64,000 nucleotides of DNA from Octopus sinensis (Eukaryota), in NCBI RefSeq assembly GCF_006345805.1, contig NC_043012.1, positions 9,796,001 to 9,860,000 on the forward strand. The letters run 5' to 3'. The notes below the pieces were generated by a model that saw only the letters and a program-made list of their open reading frames with translations, had not been told where the DNA came from and did not search any database. The position numbers and the translations under genes were made by a program. Positions 1 to 13,859 of the stretch are shown here, piece after piece (the stretch's first letter is position 1; each line of letters opens with the position of its first letter).

Positions 1-215
1 TTAGGGTGTCAGCACCATGATCGTTATAATGTGGTTTCGATTCTTGGAACGGGCGACGCGTTATGTTCTTGAGCAAAACACTTCATTTCACGCTGCTCCA
101 ATCGACTCAGCTGGCAAAAATGAGAAACGCTGCGATGGACTGGCGTCCCGTCCAGCTGGGGAGTACATACGTCATAGAAACCAGGAAACCGAGTCTATGA
201 GCCTGGCTAGGCTTT
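1..215 (+). mobile_element. tRNA-derived SINE
   Basis: B-box-like ggtttcgattc; body shared with 34345-34590 and 46735-46913. Confidence 0.7.
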
Positions 216-240
216 AAAATAGCGCATTTATTTTTATTTA

Positions 241-294
<54 letters not shown>

Positions 295-1312
295 GAATGC
301 GACGAGCTAGCAGAATCGTTAGAACACCGGGTAAAATGCTAAGCGGCATTTCGTCCGCCTTTACGTTCTGAGTTCAAATTCCGCTCAGGTTGACTTTTCC
401 TTTCATCTTTTCGAGGTCGATAAAGTAAGTATCAGTCAAGCAGTATGGTCGATGTGATCGACTTACACACTCCCCTGAAGGTTCAGGCCTGGTGCCAATC
501 GTAGACAAGTTTATTATTATTATCATTATTGTTGTTGTTGTTGTTGTTGTTGTCATATTAATGCAGTAGGCTGACATAATCGTTAGCACCCTGGATGAGA
601 TGATTAGCAGTATTTCTTCTTCTTCCAATCAGGCCTCACGCCATTAACCACATAGAATAATCTCTAATTCGAGCCTACGTTAAGCTACTAAGAATGCGTT
701 TGGCAACTTGAAGATCCATCCACCACACGCGATAGACTGGTGGTTGCACGGGCGTACAGCGGATTCGAAATCTAGACTAGGGTCTGAAAGTTTACCACAC
801 CATAGTGGGTTACACCATGGTTTCTCTGTGTTGTGGCAGAAGGAGGAAGAAACAGTGAAAGTTTTGGTGAAAGAGTACAGCGGGGTTTACCCCACCCCTG
901 CCGGAGCCCCGTGGTTCTTAGATGTTTTTGCTCAATAAACATTCACAATGCCTGGTCTGGAGAACGAAACCGCGTTCTTACGACCGCGTTCTTACGACCG
1001 CGTTCTTACGACCGCGACTCCGCTGCCCTAACCACTGGGCCTTTGCACCTCCACTTTGTTGTTGTATTAAGACGGCGAAACGGCAGAATCGTTAGCACGC
1101 CGGGCAGAATGCTTGGCGCAGCATTTCGTCCGTCTTAACGTTCTGAGTTCAAATACCACGGAGGTCAACTTTTATCCAGTGAAACCCTGGTGTCGATTTA
1201 ATCTCCCTTCCTCAATATTTTCAGGCCTTTTGCCAATAGTGGAACGGTTTTACAATTATTGTTGTTGTTATTGATATTATTATTACCATGATAATGAGGA
1301 TGGTGGCGGTGG

Positions 1313-1354
<42 letters not shown>

Positions 1355-2582
1355 GGAGGAGGAGGAGGATAAAATTGTGCCCAAATTTGAAACCAATATT
1401 AGGTGTACTTCTGTTTTAGCATAATATTAACAAAAAAAAAAATATCCCGAAGTATATGTGAAGTTCCAGAAACCATTATATAGTCGTTGGAACATCATGG
1501 ATCAGCTCTTCCGAAGTAGCAAGCGTCTTTTGTGTTACTGTGTGTGTTTCAAGCTTTAGACATCGAAATGCAGAAATAGGTGAGATAAGATTCATTTTGA
1601 GAATGAACACTCCATTTATCATGATTATATGAAACCTTGAAACAGGCATTAAAACATTGCAGCCAAGCTCTAATATCCCTCCACTTACTTCACTGCATAT
1701 AACATCTGCATCATTGAGAAAAACTCAGCCAAAGGCGAATATAACTGTTATAGAATGCAATATTGCATATTAAACTATGTATTTGATGGCGGTAATTTGA
1801 ACTTGATTGCGGACTTCAAAACTTTTATATGAGGGAAGATCCGGGTAGATGCATATTTTAGAACTAAACTATATCGCACGATATACAATAAAGGATTCCT
1901 ATAAAATAACCATGTTTAATGGAATTTATGATCAGAATCAAAAAATGATAGGAAAAAGACCAAGAAATAAATGGATAAACATTATCTCTATGAAATTGCA
2001 TCCTAATAATTTAAAAATTAAATTACGTACTGAGCTTGGATGCCATGAAAAGGAAATTCCTTGTTGCGTACCGAGCAGGTGGTTTAATAGAAAAGGCAGT
2101 TATTAATGAGAACCGTCTTGTAAGTAGAATCCAATTACTCAACGGCAACAAAGAGTGTAGAATTATACCTTAAGATAGTAAATATATACCGTAACAAAAG
2201 GTCTACAATCATGGAAATATTAGGAAACTATACTTCCCGCAAAATGGAGTAAAGAAAGCAATGGTAATGGATTACAACGGGAGAGAGTACAGCGCTTATA
2301 CAAAGGAACTTAGGATGCTGAGAAAGGAAAAAAAGCATAACAATAAATGCAGTGAAGTATAAAGACATATATATATATAGAAATGGCAGACAAACCCCAC
2401 CATTCCGAATATAATCCAAACTAAAACAGACACTCGAAACGGACCCTCGAAACAGACGCTCAAAAGACTGATGACCGCGTTATGATTTATTTGAGGAGCA
2501 ACAAGCAGATTACCCGAGAGAGAGAGAGAGACAGAGATGAAATAGAGTGGATTAATGGGAGTATGTATGCACATACATTCCT

Positions 2583-2633
<51 letters not shown>

Positions 2634-2996
2634 CACCACTACCACCACCACCACCACCACCACCACACCACCACCACCACCACCACCACCACCACCACCC
2701 CACCACCCACCACTACTACTACTACTATACTACAACTATACTTACTTACTACTACTACTACTACTACTACTACTAATACTACTACTACTGTCACTGCTGC
2801 TGCAAACTGCTGCTGAGTTCAAATTCCGGCGCAAGGCCAGCAATTTAAGTTGGAGTCCGATAATCGATTAAATCGACCGAAAGGATAGGAAGCAACGTTG
2901 ACAGCAACAGGATGAGAAGTCAGCATAAAGCACCGGATAAAATGTGGTTAAGCATTTGGTCTGACGCGCTCAGTAGTCTTCCAGCACGTCAGCTTA

Positions 2997-3034
<38 letters not shown>

Positions 3035-3035
<1 letters not shown>

Positions 3036-3290
3036 GACGAAAAGGGGGAAGGGAAGAATCCTCTTGGAATTTGACTTCCAGACAGACACTGTATTAGAAC
3101 ATTGAAGGCCGGATATAGCAGCCTTTAGGAAGGACAAACAAGACTGCCTAATAATTGAGGTGGCACTGCCAGCAGCTCAACGCATCATGAAAGAAAGAGA
3201 AAAGGTTGATAAATATGGAGACCTGAGAATTGAGATCGCTAAGATGTGGCAGCTACGAGAGTCAAATGTAAAGGTTATCCCTATTGTCGA
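3035..3290 (+). mobile_element. R4-like RLE domain fragment
   Basis: DFQTD..RPDI..KVDKYGDLRIEIAKMW..VIPIV; follows (TAA)n. Confidence 0.7.
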
Positions 3291-4075
3291 ACCCCACGTA
3301 ACATGGTTATCCTGACCGCCAAGTACACCCCAGTAGACGCCACTATTCTTCTCAACTCATCCGGTTTATAAACGAAAGTTCAGAGTAGGCCCATTCACAC
3401 GGCCATTCTCGCCACATGTACCCTCATTTCAACAAATTTCCGGAAAAGGTCGAAGATGAAAGTGTCTCTCTTCAGTGCTTTCAGTCTCGTCCACCACACT
3501 TCCTACTTTTCCATTGCCATCAGATAGAGGAAAACTGCCTTTCCTTACGGAGCAAAGGAAGGCGGCAGGGCGGCGATGGACACGACTGATAACCGGATTC
3601 GTCCTACACACGACAAGAGCTGTTCGACCAAGCTCTACAAGTTAATAATGCACGGGCACTGGACGTATCCGTGCAAGAGGTATACGTCACTCTGCACCGA
3701 CCTCGGACAGGTCCGTCCGACAGTACTTCCGTGTCTTTAGAGCTTCTCTTAACTGGCAGATATCCCCGGTAGAAATGCCGGGCTAGAGATTTCTAGCATT
3801 TATCTCTGCCTGAATGTCCTCCTTGAAAGACCAGTTAATTGATCCCTAACGACGCCCAGTGTTTCCTCAAGGACGTTGTCGCTCTTTCCCGCCACTAATC
3901 CCCTATAGAACTTCATGGTAGAACTGACCACGATATCCGACTGGCAGAAAGCTGTGAGTACTTGCCGACACTCCAGGTACCAAGCGCCCTTTCTTTGTCT
4001 ACGTTTTATCCAGGACTCCGTCAATGAGAGAAACTGCGGAAAATACTGCTTGACAAACGGCGACCACACGTGCTC
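3291..4075 (-). mobile_element. Tx1/L1-like LINE 3' fragment
   Basis: WSPFV..., KFYRGL, LAWHFYRGYLPV, CPRCG...H..C knuckle remnant. Confidence 0.6.
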
Positions 4076-4295
4076 ACCGTTATTTTGGGAGAGCGTTATG
4101 TCAGTTACATCAACCCCAGTGTTTCACTGGTATCTAATGTATCGCCCACGGAAGGATGAAAAACAATGTAATAATATAATCAGGAAAGTATTATAGAGTT
4201 CAAAGGAGCAGATAGCATGGCACCGTAGGCTGTAGGGAGCAAGCACGATATACATGCAAGACAAGAAAAAATAACAATAGTAGTAGCAGTTGTAT

Positions 4296-4340
<45 letters not shown>

Positions 4341-4648
4341 CAGCAGCAGCAGTAGTAGTAGTAGTAGCAGCAGCAGCAGTAGTGGTAGTAGTATGGGAAC
4401 AACTGAATAGCGGTCTGGGGCCGATATATGAAGTCACAGAAACGAAGATGGTGAGGAAAGACAAAGGTACGAGCTTCAAAGGAAGTAGATAAGACAGAAA
4501 GGATTGTAGGCAGTTACGGCGGAGATAAAACGAAAATATTAAAGCATTATCACATAATATATACATACGCGCACACACACACACACGCATACACACACAC
4601 ACACACGCACACACACACACATACACACATATATATATATATATAAAA

Positions 4649-4852
4649 CGGCGGCGAGCTGGCAGAATCGTTAGCGCGCCGGGCGAAATGCGTAGCCGTA
4701 TTTCGTCTGCTGTTACGTTGTGAGTTCAAATTCCGCCGAGGTCGACTTTGCCTTTCATCCTTTCGGGGTCGATAAATTAAGTACCAGTTACGCCCTGGAG
4801 TCGATGTAATCGACATAATCCGTTTGTCCCCTCTGTGTTTAGCCCCTTGTGG
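4649..4852 (+). mobile_element. SINE with gcctttcatcctttcggggtcgataaa central motif (MetaSINE-like, from recall)
   Basis: B-box gagttcaaattcc; further copies near 300, 1072, 40330, 55040 and 59124. Confidence 0.7.
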
Positions 4853-4974
4853 GCAGAAGTGAAATACATATATATATATATATAAAACACGTACCAATAG
4901 AGAAGAAACTAGCACGACCAGGGCAGAATGTTCAGGAATAACGAAAGAAAATGCAGGCAACTGCTAAATCGTGA

Positions 4975-5600
4975 ATGGGAGTATCAAGGGAATGACAGAG
5001 CTTTTCTATCAAGTTTTGCGAAACGATTGGTGATACTCAACTTCAAGCCATCCAGAATTTTCAGCAGGTATTTGGTGATGATGCCACGGGTAAAACTCAG
5101 ATCAAGACGTGGTGCAATCACTCCAAACATGGGCTCACTTCGGGGGGGGGGGGCAGGTAGACTCAGGCGGGTCATCCACAAGCCGAAACGAGAGGCTGAT
5201 TGAGGATGTTAGGCAAATAATCCCGAGAGACCGTCATGTAGCAACTCAGGAAATTGCTTCACGATGTGGGAATAAGCTCGGGATCAATGCATTCCAGAGA
5301 GTTTAGGCAAACTTCGTCCCGAAGGTTGTGGCGCAGCAGAAGAAGCAATTCCGTGTGTAAATCACTCCGATCATGCTGGACTGTGCACACCACTGGTGAT
5401 GATACATGAGTTTATGGTCTCTACTCGGTGCGTTCGGTCATCTTACGTGAAAATGTAAATTCGTCAGGCGCACATTACACTTCTGTTTGCAAGGCGCAAT
5501 GATCGGGAGCACAGCAAGGGCGGCCAATAGGTTTTTAGACATGCAGCATTAGTTTTGGCGGGGAAAAAATGGAGTCATATAATTTCTGAACACTCCTCAA
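4975..5600 (+). mobile_element. Degraded mariner-like relic
   Basis: STSRNERLIEDVRQIIPRDRHVATQEIA, HTH-like remnant. Confidence 0.45.
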
Positions 5601-5869
5601 ATGTATTTGTGCGTTGTATGTATACACATATATACATGTATGTACCTCTTTCTCTCTCTTGCTTTTGAGGGTTATAATAGCACAGAGATTACTGGCACAA
5701 AGCCTGTTGATGCTGAGATGAATTTGAATGCCACTGCAGTTGATGGAAGTAAAGATAATAACAGAAATAAAAATAACACAGAATGATAGTAGTAGTAGGA
5801 TTAATAATAATGATAATAATAATAACAATGACGGGAATATCAATGATTTTAATAATAGTAATGCTCCTG

Positions 5870-6330
5870 GTTGCAATTTTAGAGTGAAATTCCTAGCCCG
5901 GCAGTGCTACCGGGGATATCTGCCGGTTCATACAAGCTTTAAAGACACGGAAGTACTGTCTGACGGACCTGTCCGAACTGGGTGCGGTGTGACGTATACC
6001 TCTTGCACGGATACGTCCAGTGCCCGTGCATTATTAACTTGTGGAGCTTGGTCGAACAGCTGTTATCGCGTGTAGGATGGATCCGGTTATCAGTCGTGTC
6101 CATCGCCGCCCTGCCGCCTTCCTTTACTCCGTAAGGAAAGGCAGTTTTCCTCTATCTGATGACTATGGAGAAGTAGGAAGTGTGGTGGACGAGACTGAAA
6201 GCACTGAAGAGAGACACTTTCCTCTTCGGCCAAACCGTCATCGACTTTTCCGGAAATTTGTTGAAATGTGGGTGCATTTGACGAGAATGGCCCGTGTGAA
6301 TGGCCTACCGTAAATCCTCGATTATAATCC
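5870..6330 (+). mobile_element. Tx1/L1-like LINE 3' fragment, inverted relative to the 3291-4075 copy
   Basis: High similarity to the reverse complement of about 3370-3790. Confidence 0.6.
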
Positions 6331-6721
6331 GTATTTTGTTTCCCGAAATTTAAAGATTATAGGTGCCATACTTGAACTTTGACGGCGGAAATTAATTTTG
6401 GTATCGTATATACTATAAACTTACACTCTAGTATTAAATATTATAAAATCATGGGATATTAGGTTATATGGTGAATTAAATTGCATCGCATATATTATAA
6501 GCTATATGTTATGGTATGTGGTGGGCTATATGTAATTACTATCGCATGATAACCCCTGCCTAATTAGTCTGACTTCATCTTATTTTGGTGATTACACTAT
6601 TTTTTCCTTTCTATGATGTTCTACCCTACTGATCATATTATGTATATTTCTAATGATTTTATGTAAGTCAGTCTCCTGACTAAATTATATACCCCCTAGA
6701 ATCTATAATATCATATACACA

Positions 6722-7103
6722 TGGAAGCACTCCGTCGGTTACGACGACGAGGGTTCCGGTTGATCCGAATCAACGGAACAGCCTGCTCGTGAAATTAATG
6801 TGTAAGTGGCTGAGCACTCCACAGACACGTCTACCCTTAACGTAGTTCTCGGGGATATTCAGCGTGACACAGAGAGTGACAAGGCCGGCCCTTTGAAATA
6901 CAGGTACAACAGAAACAGGAGGTAAGAGTGAGAGAAAGTTGCGGTGAAAGAGTACAGCAGGGATCACCACCATCCCCTGCCGGAGCCTCGTGGAGCTTTA
7001 GGTGTTTTCGCTCAATAAACACTCACAACGCCCGGTCTGGGAGTCGAAACCGCGATCCTATGACCGCGAGTCCGCTGCCCTAACCAATGGGCCATTGCGC
7101 CTC
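6722..7103 (-). mobile_element. tRNA-derived SINE
   Basis: Head ggaggcgcaatggccc..ggttagggcagcgg..ggtttcgactccc; same family as 26892-27261. Confidence 0.8.
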
Positions 7104-7692
7104 CTATCATATACACAATAGCACCTGCCACATTACAACTTATGAAATCTCTTCGGTCTGAATGCCCTTAACTATCCTAATTACGTCCATATCTACTACT
7201 TCCTCTTTTCGGGTTACCTTTATCTATTCCTTACCTCAAATTTTAATCCACTGTCTCTTTAAATGTAGGTTATATGTATTTCATATTTTTTCTCTAAATT
7301 CTTATCATTTCGTTTTCTTATTTTGATATCCTTACCTATTAACCTCAAATCCCTTATAAGTTGATACTGTTCTTAAATAGATATTTTTCAGCTACTTAAT
7401 TCTATGCGAGATAGTTATACTATATCCATATAAACGTATAAATATTTGTGTATGTGTATGTGTGCATATATACGCAGAACCTTTTCACCTCTTATCTCTA
7501 TTAAATTGTTATTTTCTTGTTCGTAAATAGATACTTTTCAGTTACTTACGTGTATGCGAGATGTTTATACTATATCCATATAAACGTATAAATATTTGTG
7601 TATGTGTATGGGTGCATGTGTGCGCACATATAAATATGTGTGTATCTGTATACATCTTTGTTTTTTTTTTCTGATTCATGACTTATTTAAAG

Positions 7693-8013
7693 ACTCCGCC
7701 GGTTACGACGACGAGGGTCCCGGTTGATCCGATCAACGGAACAGCTTGCTCGTGAAATTAACGTGCAAATGGCTGAGCATTCCACAGACACGTGTACCCT
7801 TAACGTAGTTCTCGGGGATAATCAGCGTGACACAGAGAGTGACAAGGCTGACCCTTTGAAATACAAGTACAACTCATTTTTGCCAGCTGAGTGGACTGGA
7901 GCAACGTGAAATAAAGTGTCTTGCTCAAGGACACAACGCGTCGCCGGGAATCGAACTCACAACCTTACGATCATGAGCCGAATGCCCTAACCACTAAGCC
8001 ACGCGCCCTCACT
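7693..8013 (-). mobile_element. tRNA-derived SINE
   Basis: A/B boxes (ggcttagtgg, gttcgattcc); tail shared with 6722-6900. Confidence 0.75.
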
Positions 8014-8663
8014 CGATTCATGACTTATAATCAATATATAGATAGCATGTTTATCTTTCCAGTATTCCCTAAGTAAATGCCCAGTGCAGTCTTTATAGAA
8101 ACCACTTATAAGTAATTAATTAAGTACTTTTTAATGTTTATAATTGATATATACACACATTTTATCTATTTTGGTTATGATATCATTTTCGAAAATCTTA
8201 AATTATCTTTTTATACAACATAACAATATTATTTATAAACAATTATCCATAGCGTCGCAAGATTAAACTTCCTCTGTATTAAGAGCCTAGGTTTCTTAGC
8301 GACTTTTCCCTTTAACTGGTAATTAACATCATGATTTAAAGTCTTCTCCTACCCATCCTCCTTTTATAGACAGTTACTCTATATCCAATTGACTACTCCT
8401 AATGTCTTCTTTCCTTCCCAAGGAAAAGGGATACATATGACTATTCATGACCATACCTAGCCATGAGCTGTCAACTTACTCTTGCCCTTTATTCTAAACA
8501 GACACTATCATCTAGTCTTAGATTTAGAAGTTGATGAAGAGACAAATGAATTTGAAATGAATCACAATCCTTTACAAGCTATCACTCCCATATTGCCCTG
8601 TTAAAGTATTTGAGAAAAATGATATTAATCTGTTCAGCTTTTTAATATTTTATTTATTTATTT

Positions 8664-8751
8664 GTGCAGCTGATGATGGCACTGCGTTTAAATTGATGTA
8701 ATGATTGCGTTGTTCAATTAAATGGAGCCGCTTGAAACGGTCGTACTCCAT
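8664..8751 (+). ncRNA. Degenerate hammerhead-like motif with long stem II
   Basis: GUGCAG-CUGAUGA-UGGC...GCCGCUU-GAAAC-GGUC-GUA-CUCCAU; stem I with one mismatch. Confidence 0.45.
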
Positions 8752-9000
8752 CACAACTTCATATCCTGTTGCGTATCTTGATTATATATATAGTTCCAAT
8801 TTACAGAAGAGAAAAGACGAAGACGGCTGAAAGAACAACAAGCGTGTGTATTAGTTTAACGCCCGCGAAGGATGAAAATGTCTTTGAAGTTTCAAACCTA
8901 TGCTATTCGACAGAAAGCATTGAGAGAGAAAGAAAAAAACGGAGAACAATGTGTAGGGATTAACGGTTTAACATTATATAAATAAATAAATTAATAAATT

Positions 9001-9045
<45 letters not shown>

Positions 9046-9053
9046 ATATATAT

Positions 9054-9084
<31 letters not shown>

Positions 9085-9121
9085 TATATATATCTATATA
9101 TATATATATATATTATATATA

Positions 9122-9152
<31 letters not shown>

Positions 9153-9305
9153 GTGACGTATTTTTGCCATTTCATATGGCTAACCCCTAAGGGTGGATGC
9201 TACTGTAGTTTTTAGCCCCAGGAGGACACACTCCTCCAGCTGGCCATAGACAACACTATCTGTGTCCTGTCAGTATTTGCAAAGGGAAGTCATCCTTCCC
9301 GTCTT

Positions 9306-9375
9306 CAACTTATGATACACACGGACTCAAGTTTCGAGGTATTGACCTCTCGTCAGCGTGTGACAATCATAGTTG
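9306..9375 (-). ncRNA. Type I hammerhead ribozyme, copy 1 of tandem unit
   Basis: Reverse complement: CACACG-CUGACGA-GAGG-ucaaua-CCUC-GAAAC-uuga-GUC-CGUGUG; complete core and extended stem I (CAACU AUGAU/AUCAU AGUUG). Confidence 0.9.
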
Positions 9376-9659
9376 TCGCCGAGAATTAGATTTCCTTCAC
9401 AAATACTTATACTTTTTCCAGCGTCCACTGTCGCTGATATTGAAAAAGTGAAATCAAACAATGATAAATATCAAAGTGAGTTATATACAGTAGCGGTAAC
9501 ACATCGTGACGTATTTTTGCCATTTCAATATGGCTAACCCCTAAGGGTGGATGCTACTGTAGTTTTTAGCCCCAGGAGGACACACTCCTCCAGCTGGCCA
9601 TAGACAACACTATCTGTGTCCTGTCAGTATTTGCAAAGGGAAGTCATCCTTCCCGTCTT

Positions 9660-9729
9660 CAACTTATGATACACACGGACTCGAGTTTCGAGGTATTGAC
9701 CTCTCGTCAGCGTGTGACAATCATAGTTG
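9660..9729 (-). ncRNA. Type I hammerhead ribozyme, copy 2 of tandem unit
   Basis: Reverse complement: CACACG-CUGACGA-GAGG-ucaaua-CCUC-GAAAC-UCGA-GUC-CGUGUG; palindromic ACUCGAGU stem III. Confidence 0.92.
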
Positions 9730-9863
9730 TCGCCGAGAATTAGATTTCCTTCACAAATACTTATACTTTTTCCAGCGTCCACTGTCGCTGATATTGAAAA
9801 AGTGAAATCAAACATTGATAAATATCAAGTGAGTTATATACCGCTACTGTATATAACTCACTT

Positions 9864-9908
<45 letters not shown>

Positions 9909-10035
9909 TTAGAGACAAAACCACTATTTGCAAAACAAACAAGGAAAGACTTAATCAATACATAAAATTTTAATAAATAGTCAAAAAAACCGCCACTACA
10001 ATCGTTTCTTGCCTTATATATATATATATATATAT

Positions 10036-10338
10036 GGAGGCGCAATAGTGGTTCGGGCAGCGGACTCGCGGTCGTAGGATAGTGGTTTCGATTCCCATAC
10101 CGGGCGTTGTGAGTGTTTTTTGAACGAAAACACCTAATGCTCCACGAGGCTCCGGCAGGGGGTGGTGGCGATCCCTGCTGTACTCTTTCGCCACAACTTT
10201 CTCTCACTCTTTCTTCTGTTGGCCTGCTCGCTTAGGCAGCGGGGTGGCGTCATTTGAAGGCTAAAACAATGCGAAGCGCATTGTGACCAGCGATGTGTAA
10301 CAACATCTGATAGCCTGGTCGGTCACGTGATCACGTGA
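10036..10338 (+). mobile_element. tRNA-derived SINE
   Basis: Same head as the 6722 family; tail gcctggtcggtcacgtgatcacg; copies at 29388-29681 and 62434-62743. Confidence 0.8.
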
Positions 10339-11995
10339 TATATATATATATATATTTGTGTGTATATTTATGAACATGACACTCTAAAGGCGGAAATATT
10401 TGAAGAAGCGAAAACAAGAATTCTTACTAAATACTAAGGAACGGAACATATAAAGATTAAATGCAACACTAAAAGAACAAAACAAGGTAAACCTGTTTCG
10501 AAAAATGCTGAAGAATCTCAATACCGTCGAATTAAACGAAAGACTCTATGTAGCAGTTTCTATACTTACAACAGGAAGTGGATATTTTCCTAACATCTAC
10601 TTCTATTGAAATATCAGAATCCAGGATATTTCATTCTGTAATGAAATCAATAACAAGATAAGATACAACAGAACATGAAATACAGGTAGGGAGAAGAGTA
10701 ATATGGAGATATAGCATGAGATAAAAAGAAAAAGATGCGAAATCAAAGAATTTTTTGAAAGAAGAGAAGAGCCTCGTGTAGGTAGAAAACTATGATTAAA
10801 TATCTACTTTTAGACTACAAAAACGGGTAGTAAAGAACAATAGAAGGTTAATGTAAAAAAGATTCAAGTAATAAGAATACTATGCTGGAGTCAAGAGCCT
10901 CAACGAATTCAAACAGCAGGCTGGAAATTGATTGTGAGAATACTGTTTTGCAAAGAACGAATTCTGTGGTATACTTTAAAAATTCTGACAGCCTTAACAC
11001 AGAACAAAACTTTGTTCCTGATGATGCACAAATAGAAATGGCCCGAGAAGTTTTAATACTTGTGGCATACTTTGTAGCTATTTCTGAAATAAAAACAGTT
11101 GCCACAGTCAGCTAGGATTAACTATTTGATAGAATAAAAACATGTTTAGGATATTAGTGAAGAGAGGTGTAGTAGAGATTTTTCTTTATTTCTATGGTCA
11201 AACTTACCATGGTATAAATAATGTTGCTGAAATCGAAACCCCTCGTAAGTACTTGCAGCACCCAATCGGAATCGTGATGATTTATTAACATGTATCACGC
11301 TTATTATAGTGTCTGTATAGCCGAGAGCTGATACAGACACCCTCTCAGCTCTCCCCAACCTTGATCCGCCGAAGCAGCCAGAATGTGACACTACGAGGAA
11401 AGGATGAAGAGCTGCACCTGTACTTGGTGGGTATTGAGTTCAGCAGCGCAGACTGGAGTATCGTATTATGAAGAGCCTTACTGAAAGACACAACGTGCTA
11501 CCAAATCCAAGATTAGATCGTACAATCTTATAATAGTTAGCTGAATGTCCTAACTACTAAGCTACGCGTATTCCAAAAGAGCTTGCATGATGTCTGAAGA
11601 CTTCCACGTTTGCATGTTACTCTACCTTTAAGTAAATAATTTGCTTACATTGTTTTCGTTTAGTGGTAAATAAAACTGAAACATAGGTTACAATTGGAAT
11701 GTTCGTCCTCAGTCTGCCCTGGAAGAAAATTCAATTTCTAATGCGTTATTTCATATCCAACACTTATGTCTTAACGACGTTCAGTGTTCAAGGTTCCAGC
11801 TACGCTGATTTGTGCTCAGCGGATTAGCTTTAATTTCTCTTGGCCAAATTATAGGCGTATAATTTAAGGAGAAAGAAAGTAATTCTGATCTACGAAATTA
11901 CTTTAAATACACCAGATGTAAGAAAACTGATATTTAATACAAACATATATAAAGTAAAACCATTGACTATTTGCTAGATAGGTTACACAATTAAA

Positions 11996-12391
11996 TCTTT
12001 ATATATAAAAGTCAAGTTGTGTGTCTGTCTCCTACGATTTAGATTCCTAACTACTCCTACATTTTGCGGTGCAGTGTAACCAAAAGCGGGTATCTTATAG
12101 TCGTGATTCATATCGAGCCCTTCTGGGTATTAGCGCGCGTCTACGATGAGTCTACGATTTAAAAAAAAATTACTATAATTTTTTTCCATTTTAATGGATT
12201 TTTTTCGCTATTATATAAGGGAAGTAACTCTCTAAAAATGTCTACGATGAATCAACGATTTAAAAAAAAATTACCATCATTTTTTTCCCATTTTAATGCA
12301 TTTTTTTGCTATTTTTTGGCTATAACTCTCTAAAAATGCTTATATAGTTATTTCCCTTACAAACCCGAGCAACGCCGGGCGATACTGCTAG
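11996..12391 (+). mobile_element. Non-autonomous Helitron
   Basis: Inserted between A and T; 5' TCTTTATATATAAA; 3' hairpin cccgagcaacgccggg followed by CTAG. Confidence 0.88.
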
Positions 12392-13290
12392 TTACAACCA
12401 AAAATATAAACATTGATATTTTGAATAACGGAAATAAGTATGACAGCTAGTAACGAAATCCAACTGCCACCTACATCAGAATCGGAATTAGACCAACGAA
12501 ATTGGAAGTAGAAATATATCACGTTAATGATATCGAATATATGGAAATGATTAAACACTTACTCAAATGTAAACCGTAGCCAGATGAATAAAGAAAAGAG
12601 AAATTGGTGAAATAAAGGTTTACTTGAAACAAATTCAAATTATTTGATCATGTTCAATGAAATAATAAACGAACCAAGTACAGTAGTCGTCATGGGGAAT
12701 TGATCTGTTCTTAATTGTTCTTATCTAAGAACATCTTCGTCCAGTCAAACTAAAGGGTCTAACATACAATATTTGATATGAAAAGAAACATTTTATAATT
12801 GTTATTGAGATGAAGAACAAAAGTATGTTTGAAACGGACAAATCTTGCTCAAACGTACAATTACAAACGATCTATCAATGTGAAAACGAACCGGGTTTCA
12901 TTGAACAAAACCATACATCTTTGCCTAAAGGAAAAGGATTTTATTAAAAGCTCCTTAAATGCAATTCGTGAACCAATTCAACAGTAGTAGGAGTTTGTGG
13001 GCCGTGTGTTATGTAGGGAAATCCTGAAGCTTTCAAGCCACATAAGAACATTGGAAAATGATAATTAAAGTGCAGGTCTGGCCGTATGGTCAGAACCTTG
13101 ATTCTCAATCACATGGTTCCGGTTAAGTCGCACTGCGTAGCACCTTGAGCTGGTATTTTCTCCTATAACCTTGCACCGAGCAAAGCTTTGAGAGTTGATT
13201 TGGTAGCCGGAAACTAAAAGAAGCGTGTCGTGTATATATATACGCGTCTATCGTTCTCATGTGTCACTACATCGACGTTGTTCGCCTTGC

Positions 13291-13379
<89 letters not shown>

Positions 13380-13859
13380 ATGTGTGTGTGTGTATTTAAC
13401 ACGTCTATGGATAGATTTTATCTCAGACACTGTCATGCTTTATAACGGCGTGAATACGTTTAGTATGCTACATAGATAGTGATATATGTGTGTATGAGTG
13501 TGTGTGTGTGTGTTCGCGCACACAGTCATGTGCACACAGGCTGTGTTTTAAGAAGTTTGCTTCACAACCACATGGTTCTGAGTTCAGTCCCACTGCAAGT
13601 GACTTCTGTCATAGCCCCGGGTTTACCAAAGACTTGTGAGTGGATTTGATAGACGGAAACTGAAACATGCCTAGCCTGTATATATGTGTTCGTGTGTGTG
13701 CGCATATATGTGGATGTGACCGACCATTGTTTGATCCCACCTAAAATCAACATTTTTCATTTAATTTCGTTCACGTTTGGCTAATACATCATTTATGTTC
13801 CACAGATAGCTCTACACCATTTAGAGAGTATTCACTTATGGTGTAATATGGAGTAATAG

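Larger units (their letters stand above)
9153..9868 (-). mobile_element. Retrozyme-like tandem dimer (~354-bp unit) with short terminal inversion, between (TA)n tracts
   Basis: Near-identical units begin at 9153 and 9506, one hammerhead each; 9841-9868 is an inverted copy of the unit end; no plausible coding ORF. Confidence 0.8.

Noticed and set aside
10036-10110. tRNA-like sequences at SINE heads
   Set aside because: They continue into SINE bodies and lack an intact cloverleaf, so they are not tRNA genes
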